A DNA stretch of 64,000 nt from Heterodontus francisci (lineage: Eukaryota), in contig NC_090406.1 in assembly GCF_036365525.1 (NCBI RefSeq), positions 6,538,786-6,602,785 of the forward strand, in the 5' to 3' direction. How positions within the stretch are numbered: the stretch's first letter is position 1; each line of letters starts with the position of its first letter. Made by a program: the position numbers and the translations under genes. The notes below the pieces were generated by a model, which did not search any database, was not told the origin of the DNA, and was given only the letters and a program-made list of their open reading frames with translations. Shown here piece by piece: positions 51,470 to 64,000 of this stretch.

Positions 51470-51949
51470 CAACACTCACGAGTTATGAGATCACCCTCAT
51501 CAATGATGGGATAGGTTGAGTTGCATCACCCAAAGCAGGCAAGCTGGGTGGCCAATGGGCAAGTCTTCCTACTTGACTGGCAGTTATTTTCTAATTGGAT
51601 GATCTTTGTTCCTTGAGATTTCTAATTGGATGGTCTCAAGGAACCTTAGCTCTCCTCCTGCTCCTCCAATCTGTTCTCCCGGCTCATCCAGAAGCACAAT
51701 CCCAGTGGAAATATCCACAGTCACTGTGACAGGGACTTCAAGTGAAAGGCACAAAACTTGAGTCTCACCATCAGCCTCGTTCAGAGAGGGAGGAAGGCTT
51801 GCCTCATTGGATCTGCTTCGAAGAAGAAACCAAATTATGTTTAGAGCCCATATTGGTTAAAGAAAATAATTCTGATAAAAAGACCTTGAGAATCTCAAAA
51901 TAATTAGTTATTACTCAGAGAACAGATAGGTACATCTGTGAAAGTTATG

Positions 51950-52505
51950 TAACGTATTATAAAACACTAATTCAGTCCCAGCTAGAGTATTGTGTCCAAT
52001 TCTGGGCACCACACTTTAGGAAGGATGTGTGAAGGCTTTGGTGAGGGTACAAAAGAGATTTACTGGAATGGTTCCAGGGATGAGAGATTGCAGTTATATG
52101 GAGAGACTAGAGAAGCTGAGGTTGTTCTCTTTAGAGCAGAGAAGGCTAAGAGGAGATTTGGTAGAGGTGTTTAAAATCATGAAGGGTTTAGATAGAGTAA
52201 ATAAAGAAAACTGTTACCAATGGCTGAAGGGTCGATAAACAGAGGACACAGATTTAAGGTGATTGATAAAAGAACCAGAGGCAACAGGAGGAAAACCTTA
52301 TTATGCAGCAAGTGAGAATTTGAAATGCATTGCCTGATCGTGATGGTTAGAGATTTAATAGTTGCCTTCAAAGGGGAATTGGATAAATACTTGGAGAAAA
52401 AGTTGCAGGAATATGAGGAATGGACTTCCTGGATTGCTCTTTGTAAGAGATGTCACAGACTTGATGAACTGAATGGCCTCCTTCTGTGCTGTACTATGAT
52501 TCTAA
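51950..52505 (+). mobile_element. CR1 3' fragment
   Basis: RVQKRFTGMVPGM...RGDLVEVFKIMKG. Confidence 0.85.
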
Positions 52506-53932
52506 GTCTCCTATTAAAGACATCACCATTTGGAAGCAGGGTATCAACATGACTTTGCATGTCTTTTAACATGGTTTTTCCTACTCGGTCTGCCATGTAG
52601 TGGGACTCTTTCCATTAAGAGTTCCTTTCAAGCAGGATGTTTCACCTTCAAGATGCTCTTTTAAATAAAAGAATGTCTTCCTCGAAAAGCCTTTAAACAA
52701 GGAGTTCAGATGGTCAGATTTCCTTGGACCCATAGTGAAGCCCCCTGAGGTGATTCAAAGAAACCTTGAGATTCATCCTCATTGGGATACTCGCCCTTTG
52801 TTATTCTGGGGTATGTCTTGCCACCATTTGGCCATATTAACTCATTATTAACGGTCCCTCTGTTCATGGGACCAGCGTACTTTTGAAGGATGAATTAACA
52901 CCATTGTTATGAGCGACTACCGCTGAGTTGGGTAATACCAAGTTTGGGTTTCAAACCCTGCACCTCGTAGGCAGGAGGGAAGACTCTGACAGGGGGTGAG
53001 GAGGTGCACAGTTTTGCGTTCCCGGCAAATAAAGAGTTGGAGTAGGAGACAGTGCAATGAATCTTGGTTTCAACAAATGAAGACACAATTATAAATAAGG
53101 TTGGAGATCACAGGAACAATGACCGCAATATTATCGGTTAAGCAAGGTTGGCACGAAGGGAGTTAGACTGGGGACTAGAGGTGAGAGAGGAGTTAGACAA
53201 CACTGTTCTTGTATCATGTCACAGTGTCCAAGAAGTGTTAGAAAAGCCTCCCCAAAACAGGCTTCAATTATTGGATGGATGTTGGCTAAAGAGTCAGTAG
53301 AGTTGAGGTGGACAAGAAGTGTTGGTTGTGAAAGAGCAGACTGACCATGTTGGATGTTGCTTTAGCAACTAAGGAGATCTGGGTGTTGTATTTGAGACCA
53401 GAGGAGTAAGAACAAGAATGGCTATAGATAAAGAGGGACTAGGCCTGGAGATCTCAACAGTCGCCTTTAGCTCCACACACACACCCCACAAATAATAGTA
53501 ACCACTTCCACCCCCACCACCCCCCCAAACTCTTCATCTGATGGTGCCAATCTAGTACTAGGTTACATTGTGTGTCCCTCCCACTGCTTCATCTAAGCAG
53601 CCAGTCCTTGTGTGCAAGGCTGAATGTTGTGTTTGGTTTGTTAGTCCATGGTGCGGGAGGGGAAATCTCATACAGTTGAGCTTGAGCAGGAGTCACCAGG
53701 TAGGAATCGGGAATAGGAATCTGTGATTATTTAGTTCCCCTTCCTAAAGGCAGGGGAACTGAGGCAACAGTCACCCCCTGTAACATCTCAGGCTGAGAAC
53801 AAAGAGCCAGCAGTTGAAAGTAGGACTCAATTCCTCACCAGTGTTCTTAGAAACCAAACCTTCAGGGAGCCAAGGACCATTCTCATGCTGGACAGGGCAC
53901 AGGACAAACAATCACACAAAGTGTATATACAC

Positions 53933-54070
53933 ATAAAAAATGCTGGAAACACTCAGCAAGTCAGGCAGCAGCTGTAGAGACAGGAACAGCGATAACATTT
54001 CAAGTCGATGACCCTATCGATCTGTTTTTATTTCAGCCTTCCTGCATCCACAGTATTTTGCTTTGGTTTT
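53933..54070. mobile_element. Old Penelope-like copy: inverted arm plus 3' tail
   Basis: Minus-orientation arm (tgctggaaacactcagcaag...) joined to tctgtttttatttcag...cagtattttgcttt tail. Confidence 0.6.
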
Positions 54071-54589
54071 ACTGTATGAATGGTGATCTGAAGAGAATGG
54101 TCCTGCAACCATTTTCATTAACACCACAGTATCTTTGAGTGGAGTGTAGTTTGGTGGCAGTGTGACTGCTTTGTGCTGTGGACAGCTGGAGTCTCTAAGC
54201 TCTGGAATGCCTGACCTCAACCTCCCTGCCTCTCTACCTATCTCTTCCTTATTCAAGACACTTCTTAAAACCTACCTTTTTTGACCAAGTGCAATAGTAT
54301 CTCCTTCCTTGCGCTGATGTCAATTGTTTTTGTCTGATTATATTCCTGTGGAATGTTTTACTGCATGACGGGCACTATATAAGTGCTAGTTGTTGTGGGG
54401 CTGGATGGAGTTTTATGAACTTTTGGACCAACCTGATGGACAACAATGGAAGAGACCACAGTGTTGTCCTATCCACTGCTATCTCTCAGACCCCTTAATC
54501 ACTTTCCTTGCCAAGAGTCTGAACAGTGCCCTGCTGATACTGGCTCCTTTGATGTTCTGTGTGATATATTATTGTGTGAAAAATTATAC

Positions 54590-54992
54590 CAAGAATGAGG
54601 GACTTCAGTTACGTGGAGTGACTAGGGAAGCTGGGGCCGTTCTCCTTAGAGAAGGGAAGGTAAGATTTAATTGAGGCATTCAAAATCACAAAGGCCCAAG
54701 GGTTGGTGAACAAAGGGTACAGATTTAAGATAATTGGCAAATGAACCAGAAGTGAGAATATTTTTTCCGCAGCAAGTTGTTGTGATCTGGAATGCACAGC
54801 CTGTAAGGACAGTAGAAGCAGATTCAAGAGTAACTTTCAAAATGGAATTGGATACATACTTGAAGGGGAGAAAATTTGCAGGGCTACATGGAAAGAGTAG
54901 GGGGGGAGTGGGACTGACTGGATAGCTCTCCTAAGAACTGGCACAAGCACGATGGGCTGAATGGCCTCCTTTCTGTGCTGTGAATCCTATGA
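54590..54992 (+). mobile_element. CR1 3' fragment
   Basis: ORF2 C-terminal remnant and gggctgaatggcctcct 3' end. Confidence 0.75.
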
Positions 54993-55270
54993 TAAATGCT
55001 ACTCTCTTGAGCTTGAGTGACCGGTGTGCTGGAGTTTGTGGAGAAGGTCAAGCCATTAATAGGGTTCTTGTCCACTAAGAACTGTGCTGGGGCTACCCCA
55101 CTCTCCCTGAATGTCTCTCACACCAGCTTCAGCCATTAGATAGACTTCCGTCAAACAGAAGCAAACACACTCTTAGCTGATTGGTGGAAACCAGGCCAGC
55201 AGAGCCCGGGCCAACCCTCTGTCAACCTGCCTCAGGTCTGAGATTGACAGCTTGTCATGGGAGCATGCAT

Positions 55271-55630
55271 TATTTATTTTTTTATTTTTATTTAGAGATA
55301 CAGCACTGAAACAGGCTCTTTGGCCCACCGAGTCTGTGCCGACTATCAACCACCCATTTATACTAATCCTACACTAATTCCATATTCCTACCACATCCCC
55401 ACCTGTCCCTATATTTCCCTACCACCTACCTATACTAGGGGAAATTTATAATGGTCAATTTACCTATCAACCTGCAAGTCTTTGGCATGTGGGAGGAAAC
55501 CGGAGCACCCGGAGGAAACCCACGCAGACACAGGGAGAACTTGCAAACTCCACACAGGCAGTACCCAGAATTGAACCCGGGTCGCTGGAGCTGTGAGGCT
55601 GCAGTGCTAACCACTGCGCCACTGTGCCGC
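55271..55630 (-). mobile_element. HE1-like V-SINE
   Basis: Near-identical to 18503-18854. Confidence 0.88.
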
Positions 55631-56865
55631 TGAGTATTGTGCATTCTCTGTGGAGTTCCCAATAACTCCTCTTCTAAAGGCCTGAACCATATTTGCTCTG
55701 TCTCCCATTTCTCTATAGACGATTAAACCTAGATTTTCAGAGTACGCACTGATGCTGAGGTGTGTGTGGATGCAGATCAAGGGCGGCTTTGCCTACTTGC
55801 TCTGATATGTGCTGGTAAATGTTGCGAGTAATGCTTTAGGTCTTCTTTACAAACATAGTTGACAGGTAGGAAGTTTGTCGCCCTTTCTCCACTGGTGCAA
55901 AGAGCTTCCTACACCTGCCATTTCCTAATTATCTTGATGTTTCTATTGAATCATCTCACAAAGAATTCCGTCTTTCATACTTTACCACTAGCCGCATATC
56001 AGAACCCAATTGTTTTCTGTCACACCAGTGTGGACCCAATCATAATCTGTCGGGCCTGCCATCATAGACATTGGTATCATGAGCCTGGTGACACGCTATA
56101 GTCTTTTGCTGTCCTTTCGTTGCAGTGACTGCCTCCCAAAGCCTCTCCACCACTGGGGGGTTTTCCTCACCTCAGGTCTGGGTCAGCTGGAGACTAATTG
56201 ATAAGAAATTTATTGCTATGTTTAGTCAACAGCTCCACTGTTGTTGCAGAACGTTACTTGGCTCCAACATTAGTTGCCCTGTCTGTGAAAGTATGCATCC
56301 AATATAATATATACTGGTCAATGGACACTAGTATCCGTTTGTAATATAATCCTCAGAAGTGAATATTCACCTGTATATTAAACGTTACAAGTTCTGCTGT
56401 AGATACTTTACCAGGTTCAGTGGTCTGTGTATGTAATGACAATAAGGGTATGTAACCATGGAACCCACTTGTGACCTGAACCAGGTGGCTGTGTCTTTAG
56501 CATATCCATTTCTTCAATCTTTGCAAAGGAAGATCAAGTTTATAGTACAGGAGGTGTCTTTAGAATTAATACTTTGCTTTATTCTGCAGTAAGATGAACA
56601 TACAGAATAATAGTTATGATCAGGTTCACCTAGTCCAAACGATACAATTTATCTCCTACAACAGCGACTACGTGGTTAAAAAAAAAAGTACCTCATTGGT
56701 TGTAAAGTGCATTAGACGTCCTGAGGTCATGAAAGATGCTAAACCTATGTAGGTTATTTATTGCCATTTGACAATCTAACAATAATGAAGTTGCTACACA
56801 GTCTCACTTCAGTGGGTTGCTTTGATTGGCTTAAACAGATGAACTCCTCTGCAAGCAGGAGCTCC

Positions 56866-57480
56866 TCACAGAATCGTTTGTGCAGAAGGAGGCCATTCAG
56901 CCCATCATGTCCGCACTGGCTCTCTGAAAGAGTATTTCCCTCCGTTCCATTCCCCCGCCTTCTCCCCATAACCCTGCACATTCTTTTCATATAACTGTCT
57001 TGAATGCTTCGATTGAACCTGCCTCCACCACGTTCTCAGGCAGCGCATTAAACATCCATTAACCACTACTCTTTTGCTCACAAGTCTGTTGTGTGTCTGT
57101 TGCTGGGCTTATCTTTACACCCTTTACAAGGGTGCAATTCTCCAGTCCTCTGGCACCACCCCCAAGTCTAAGGAAGACTGAAAAATTATGGCCAGTGCCT
57201 CTGCAATTTCCACTCTCACTTCCCTCAGTATCCTTGGATGCATCTCATCTGGTCCTGGTGCTTTATCCACTTTAAGTACAGATAGCCTATCTAATACTTC
57301 CTCTTTATCAATTTTAAACCCCTCTAGTGTCTGATTTACCTCCTCTTTCAACATTGCCTGGGTTGCATCTTCTTCCTTGGTAAAGTCAGATGCCCTCTGC
57401 CTCCAAGTGCAAATCCTCTCTTTGGTCCATAATCAGCCTCACTCCTCCTTTTACTACCCTTTTATTATTATATGCCTAGA
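56866..57480 (-). mobile_element. Internally deleted CR1
   Basis: DKAPGPDEMHPRILRE remnant joined to a CR1 3' end. Confidence 0.8.
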
Positions 57481-58559
57481 GAAAACTTTGGGATTTCGCA
57501 CTGCAGATCACTGTCTATTCTGAGCCTTTTGCTGACTAATTATCTGTGCAAAGTCCTTTTCGCAAAAGCCAGACTTGCCTTTTTTTGGTATCTGTGTTCT
57601 GTGAATCTAAACACCAGCTTTACAGAAAGACCCAGATCAAAGGGTTTTCCAACACAGTCTGTGAGAGGCACATTTCTGATTATCCAGACAAGCTAACAAA
57701 CTATTTATTGCCTGGTGTCTGGAAGAAACAACTCCCATTTAGCGTATTTGTCTGGGCACACTTTTTTTCCCGTAAGCTCACAAGAATACACATTGTTCTT
57801 AAAACCCCAGGAGTATCAGTAACTATTTCCCCATTTTCTTACTGTGAAAAATAGTCCAAAACAGAATCCCAAAATCATGGCATATCCTCCCCACCTAACT
57901 GTGCCCTGGTCCCCTCAGGGGATCCCTTGTGGATGAGCTATACAGTTCACTTGCAAAGACTGTGTTCCTCACTAGGTACAGAGTCAATCTATCTACACTG
58001 ACAGTCACCACATAACCTGTGAGCTCATGTGGCCTCCGTGTCATTGACTCTCTTGCAATCTTTTCTAAATCTTCTGCTCTTCATTCCTCAAGTTCTGATG
58101 GGAGAGTCCAGAGCAAGGGGGTGTAACTTTAAAATTAGAACCAGGCCATTGAGGGGTGATATCAGGAAGCACATCTGTGCGCAGAGTGCAATCTGGAACT
58201 CTCTTCCCCAAAAAGCTGTTGAGGTTGGAAGTCAATCGAAAGTTTCAAAACTGAGACTAATCGACTTTTGTCAGGGAAAGGTGTTAAGGAACCGGGGTGA
58301 GCAAATTGAGTTAAGATACAGATCATCTGTGATCTAATTGAAAGTTGGAACAGTCTTGAATGGCCTCCTCCTTTGTCTATGTTCCTAGGTTTTAAATTAA
58401 ACTTTTCACTTAAACTCCTTCGCTTTCTCATTGGCCACCAATCTTGCAAATTCAAGCATGACACCCTTTGATTTGAGTGTGTTCAATATTGTTGTTCTAT
58501 TCCATTCACTGTTACATTATAAGCATTTCAAATCACTTTAATTGTAAAATTATTATATA

Positions 58560-59615
58560 TACCTGGACTACTGTGTACAATTTTGGGTTTCTTACCTAAG
58601 GAAGCATATACTTTCCTCAGAGGAGGTGCAACAAAGGTTCACTAGATTGATTCCTGGGATGAGAGGGCTCGCCTATGAGAAGAGATTATCACAGAACTCA
58701 CAGAATTGTTGTAGTGCAGAAGGAGGCCATTTGGCCCATTGTGTCTGCACCAGCTCTCCTAATGAGCATACCACCTCGTGCCACTCCCCTGCCTTCTCCC
58801 TGTAACCCTGCACATTCTTCCTTTTCATATAACTGTCTAATTCCCTCTTGAATGCTTTAATTGAACCTGCCTCCACCACACAGAGTGCATTCCAGACCTT
58901 AACCACTCGCTGCCTGAAAAAGTTTTTCCCCATGTCGCTTTTGCTTCTTTTACCAATTACTTTAAATTTGTGCCCCCTCATTCTCGATCGTTTCATGAGT
59001 GGGAACAGTTTCTCTCTATCTACTCTGTCCAGACCCCTCATGATTTTGAATACCTCTATCAAATCTCCTTTCAGCCTTCTCTTCTCCAAGGAAAACAGTC
59101 CCAACTTCTCCAATCTATCTTCATAACTGAACTTCCTCATCCCTGGAACCATTCTCGTGAATCTTCCCTGCACCCTCTCTAACACCTTTTATATAAAGCT
59201 TGGTGCCCAGAACTGGATGCATTACTCCAACTGAGGCCGAATGGGCCTATATTCTCTGGAGTTTAGAAAAATAAGAGGTGATCTCATTGAAACATATAAA
59301 TATATTAGAGGGCTTGACAGGATAGATGCTGGGTGATTGTTTCCCTTGGCTGGAGAGTTTAGAACTAGGGGTCATAGTTTCAGGATAAAGGGTTAACCAT
59401 TTGGGACTGAGATGAGGAGACATTTCTTCTCTGAGGGATGTGAATCTTTGGAATTGTCTAACTCAGAGAGCAGTGGATGCTCAGTCATTGAGTATATTCA
59501 AGATCGAGATCGATAGACTTTTGGGCACTAAAGGAGTCTACATCACGATCTTATTGAATGGTGGGGTGGGCTTGAGGGGCTGGGATGGCCTACTCCTCCC
59601 ATTTCTTATGTTCTT
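58560..59615 (+). mobile_element. CR1 3' fragment interrupted by an antisense CR1 (58690-59240, -)
   Basis: Minus ORF 58673-59185 (LERVQGRFTRMVPG...) nested in plus-strand CR1 sequence. Confidence 0.82.
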
Positions 59616-61851
59616 AAGTACTTCAGTAATGCAAGTTGCTCTTACCAACTTACGAATTTACATAGATAGCTTCTTGGGCTCAGTTGTGTCTGTTCCCCAC
59701 CCTGCTCCTCCCACCATAAGTGATTCGAACATCCTACTTTTCTTTAGGAGTTGACTCACACTGCCTTAGATGATATATTATGATATCAAAACCCAGTGGA
59801 ATTCCTGTGTGAGCTGAACCTGTTGTAAGTCAAGCACATTTCCTAACTCAGTCTGCCTGCAGAGAGAGTAAATACGAGATAAGGAGAGGCCTGGCTTGAA
59901 TTGTTAAACTGAGTTCCAGTTATCTGCGTAACGACAGAAAAGTAACGATGAAGCTGCATTATCGCACATCAATGAGTTGCTCTGTTTGACTTAGAGAAAT
60001 TAATCTTCTCTGCATTCTGCTCTATCGCAGGACCTCCTCTCCCTGTAGGTTCCTATTTTTCAAAACCTTTTTTGACCTGTGTCTGAGCAGAGCTCTGCCT
60101 GCAAAAACCAGACTGCCTTTTTGGAATCTATGTCTCTTACAATTATCACTGGCTTCACAGGCAGACTGAGCTCAAAGCGTTTTCCAACAGATTGGGTGAA
60201 AGATGTCTTGCTAATAACCCAGATTACATCAGGCAGGAAAATGGAGTTAAGACACAGATCAACCATGATCTAACTGAATAGTGGAACAGGCTTGAGGGGC
60301 TGAATGGCCTCCTATTCCTATGTTCTTTCCTAAGTTAATAAATCGTTAATTAGTTGCTGGGGAAATTAATTTCCATTTGGCATATTAACTGCCTTTTGTG
60401 CTCCTCATTTTTATTTTAAAAAGTGAGAATGCATGTTGCTCTAACCAACATTAAAAGAAATGATTTTCCTAAAATCCTTTCAGTTGAAAGATGGTCAAAA
60501 AGTCCTGAAAGGTGACATCAAGTTATTGGAAATTTGGATTGCTCGATGGTGGGAAATTGCCCAGTTCCTAATGGAGATCAAAGATTGCCAGTATCATTTC
60601 AGTTAATACAGTTTGATCAATTAACACCATTGGCGTTTAATTAAGAGCGAGTTTTCTTTTGTAATTCTTTCCTTTCCTTGCCTGAAAACAATAGGTTCGA
60701 TCAGCACCCCATCCACCACCTTAACATTCACTTCCTCCACCAGCAGTGCACAGTGGCAGCAGTGTGCACCATCTATAAGATGCACTGCAGCAACTCGCCA
60801 AGGCTTCTTCCACAGCACCTTCCAAACCCGTGACCTCTGCCACCTCCAGCCACATTGGGAACACCACCATCTGCAAGTTCCTCTCCAAGCCACTCACCAT
60901 CCTGACTTGGAAATACATCAGCCGTTCCTGTCACTTGATCAAAATCCTGGGACTCCTTACATATAAGCACCGTGGCTGTACCTATACCACAAGGACTGCA
61001 GTGGTTTGAGAAGGCGGCTCACCACCATATTCTCAAGGGAAATTAGGAACAGGCATTAAATGCTGGCATTGCCAACAACACCCACATCCAGTGAATAAAA
61101 AAATTAAAAATGGGGGTAAACCTATAATCTGGCATTCTCACTGGCAGCTACAGTGACGGGGAGTACGGGTTGGCGAAAAGGAGCAAAGTGCTCTATATCT
61201 GACCTGGGTGCTTCCTATGACCAGGGTCTGTTCCCCCACCCAGGTGCAATTACCTGTAACTCTTGCTGCAGTACAGTTTCATTAGCATTGAACATAGGGA
61301 CTGGAGTAGGCCATTCAGCCCCTCTAGTCTGTTGTGCCATCCAAAGCCCATCTTCTCCTGAAATACATCTATACTATTCACCTCAACTACTCCCTATGGT
61401 AGAAAGTTCCACGTTCTCACCACACTCTGGATAAAGAAGTTTCTCCTGAATTCCCCATTGGATTTATTAGCGATTATCTTATATTTATGATGCCTAATTC
61501 TGGTGTCGCCCACAAGTGGAAAAATCTTCTCTATGCCTAACCTATCGAATTCCTTCATAATCTTCAGCTTCAGATATTTAAAGTCTAATAAGGCTGGTCT
61601 CACAAAATTGCCAAGTACCTTAGTGAAGATGGCAGTAGTATCTTATGCGACAACTCCAAAATTGATCTTCCTTCAGGCATGATTCACCGCTTGGAATCTC
61701 CTTCGATCAAAGTTTGAACAGTGACTAAAAAAAAAAAGCTTGTGCATTTTCAAAGCTTTAATTGCGAATGGTTTTAGAAAGGTCGTTACACTCATTACGG
61801 TAACACTAAGAAGAAACTAATGTTCTTGCCCTGTAGGGTTTTTGGGTTATT

Positions 61852-62682
<831 letters not shown>

Positions 62683-62791
62683 TTATCCCAATTTTTTTGA
62701 GGTATTAGCCTTATGAGTAAACCAGTTCACACGTGTGCTGTAATAATTTGCAATTGTGAAGTTTCTGCAGGCATCACGCACCTTGTGGCCA

Positions 62792-62797
62792 TTTATA
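62792..62797 (-). promoter_or_regulatory. TATA box of TSSK6 copy B
   Basis: catgtcTATAAAtgg ~128 nt upstream of the ATG; conserved between paralogs. Confidence 0.7.
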
Positions 62798-64000
62798 GAC
62801 ATGGCCTTGGAAGAAATGTTTCAAAATGTTGGCAAAAGTCACGTCTTTTTCATTCTGGGAATCCCCCCAAAAGATTATAGGACAGTAGGGTTTGACAGGG
62901 AATTAGACTGTAAACAGCTAAATCATAAAGCAGTAATAACATGAAAAACTTTGCATTATCTTGAACCCAAGGCCAGCTCAGGCCCAGTGAATTCTCCCCA
63001 ATCAACTTAGAGATACATCTAGATCTTGAGCATTGCTCCCTGCTCAAATCAGTGCTTAATTCCTGAATTAGTTGTGCTGTTACAATCTAGTTTATGTGGT
63101 TTTACAGCCTATTTGCTTTTATTCCAAGTGGTATGTAGTGTATTGAGGTTTGGCAACCTTATCTTGACACCTCCATGGATGACATCAGGTGATCTTTGAG
63201 CTCGCTTGCAGATGCAAGAGGTCAAACTGACACGCTGACCTCTATGACATCACAGGTTTGACAGGCAAAGAGGGAGCCATGACCTCATCAGTTCAACAAG
63301 TTATTGTGGGACAAGCTGACGAGTTGAGGTAACTTCACTGAGATGTAAACACTGACTTAATGAGGAGACATGGGGGAGTTATAAATCTGACTCATGAGGC
63401 AACTGCCTCTCCTAGCTGTGTACCTTATTTAAAACACAGGTAATTATGTTTTTTTAAATTTTTTTGTCGGGTGTGGGTGTCGCTGGCTATGCCAGCATTT
63501 ATTGCCCATCCCTAATTGCTCTTGAACTGACTGGCTTGCTGGGCCATTTCAAAGGGCATTTTAAGAGTCAACCACATTGCAGTGGGTCTGGAGTCACATG
63601 TAGGCCAGACCAGGTAAGGATGGCAGATTTCCTTCCCGAAAGGACATTAGTGAACCAGATGGGCTTTTAACAACAATTGACAATGGTTTCATGGTCACCT
63701 TTAAACTAGCTTTTAATTCCATTAATTGATATTAATAATTTTTTTCCACTCCCTCTTTAATGAACATAGGGATTCTCAGGTACCAGGCTGTATACACTAT
63801 GTTGAAGAATAATCGTTAATATTTACAGGACACTGGGGACAGAGCATGTGTGAAGGACTAATTGGATAGCTCTACAAAGAACAGGCAGAGGAATGATGGG
63901 CTGAATAGTCTCCTTCTGTCCAGTGTTATTCTATAATTTTATGAACTAAATAGTATGACTTAATTGTAAAATGGGCTCGAGAAATGTCTGTAATGAAAAC

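Noticed and set aside
51585-51830. Open frame of ~80 codons on the minus strand upstream of TSSK6 copy A
   Set aside because: No recognisable homology or clear start, and no counterpart seen upstream of copy B

Overview
Eukaryotic vertebrate DNA, very likely an elasmobranch (shark/ray), inferred from HE1-type V-SINEs, Deu-SINEs and abundant CR1 LINEs. Genes: (1) the last seven coding exons of GATAD2A (p66-alpha, NuRD subunit) on + (5318-23660), which splice in frame with GT-AG ends, followed by a probable ~4-4.5 kb 3' UTR; (2) two intact, intronless, tandem TSSK6-type kinases on - (50216-51028 and 61852-62664, 270 aa each, ~75% identical by manual count) that share a TATA box, a 5' UTR block and a DR1-like site. 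The GATAD2A/TSSK6 tail-to-tail order matches human 19p13.11. The rest is mostly transposon-derived: CR1, L2 and RTE LINEs, SINEs, a hAT element, and a nest of two Gypsy LTR elements (36-47 kb). The most notable non-coding signal is a dispersed family of short Penelope-like insertions. They carry a minimal hammerhead-ribozyme motif, an inverted arm, a fixed 3' tail and 7-15 bp target-site duplications (TSDs); one is an ~890 bp fold-back inside an LTR. Family names come from recalled consensus features, not database searches. TE boundaries are approximate unless a TSD is given.
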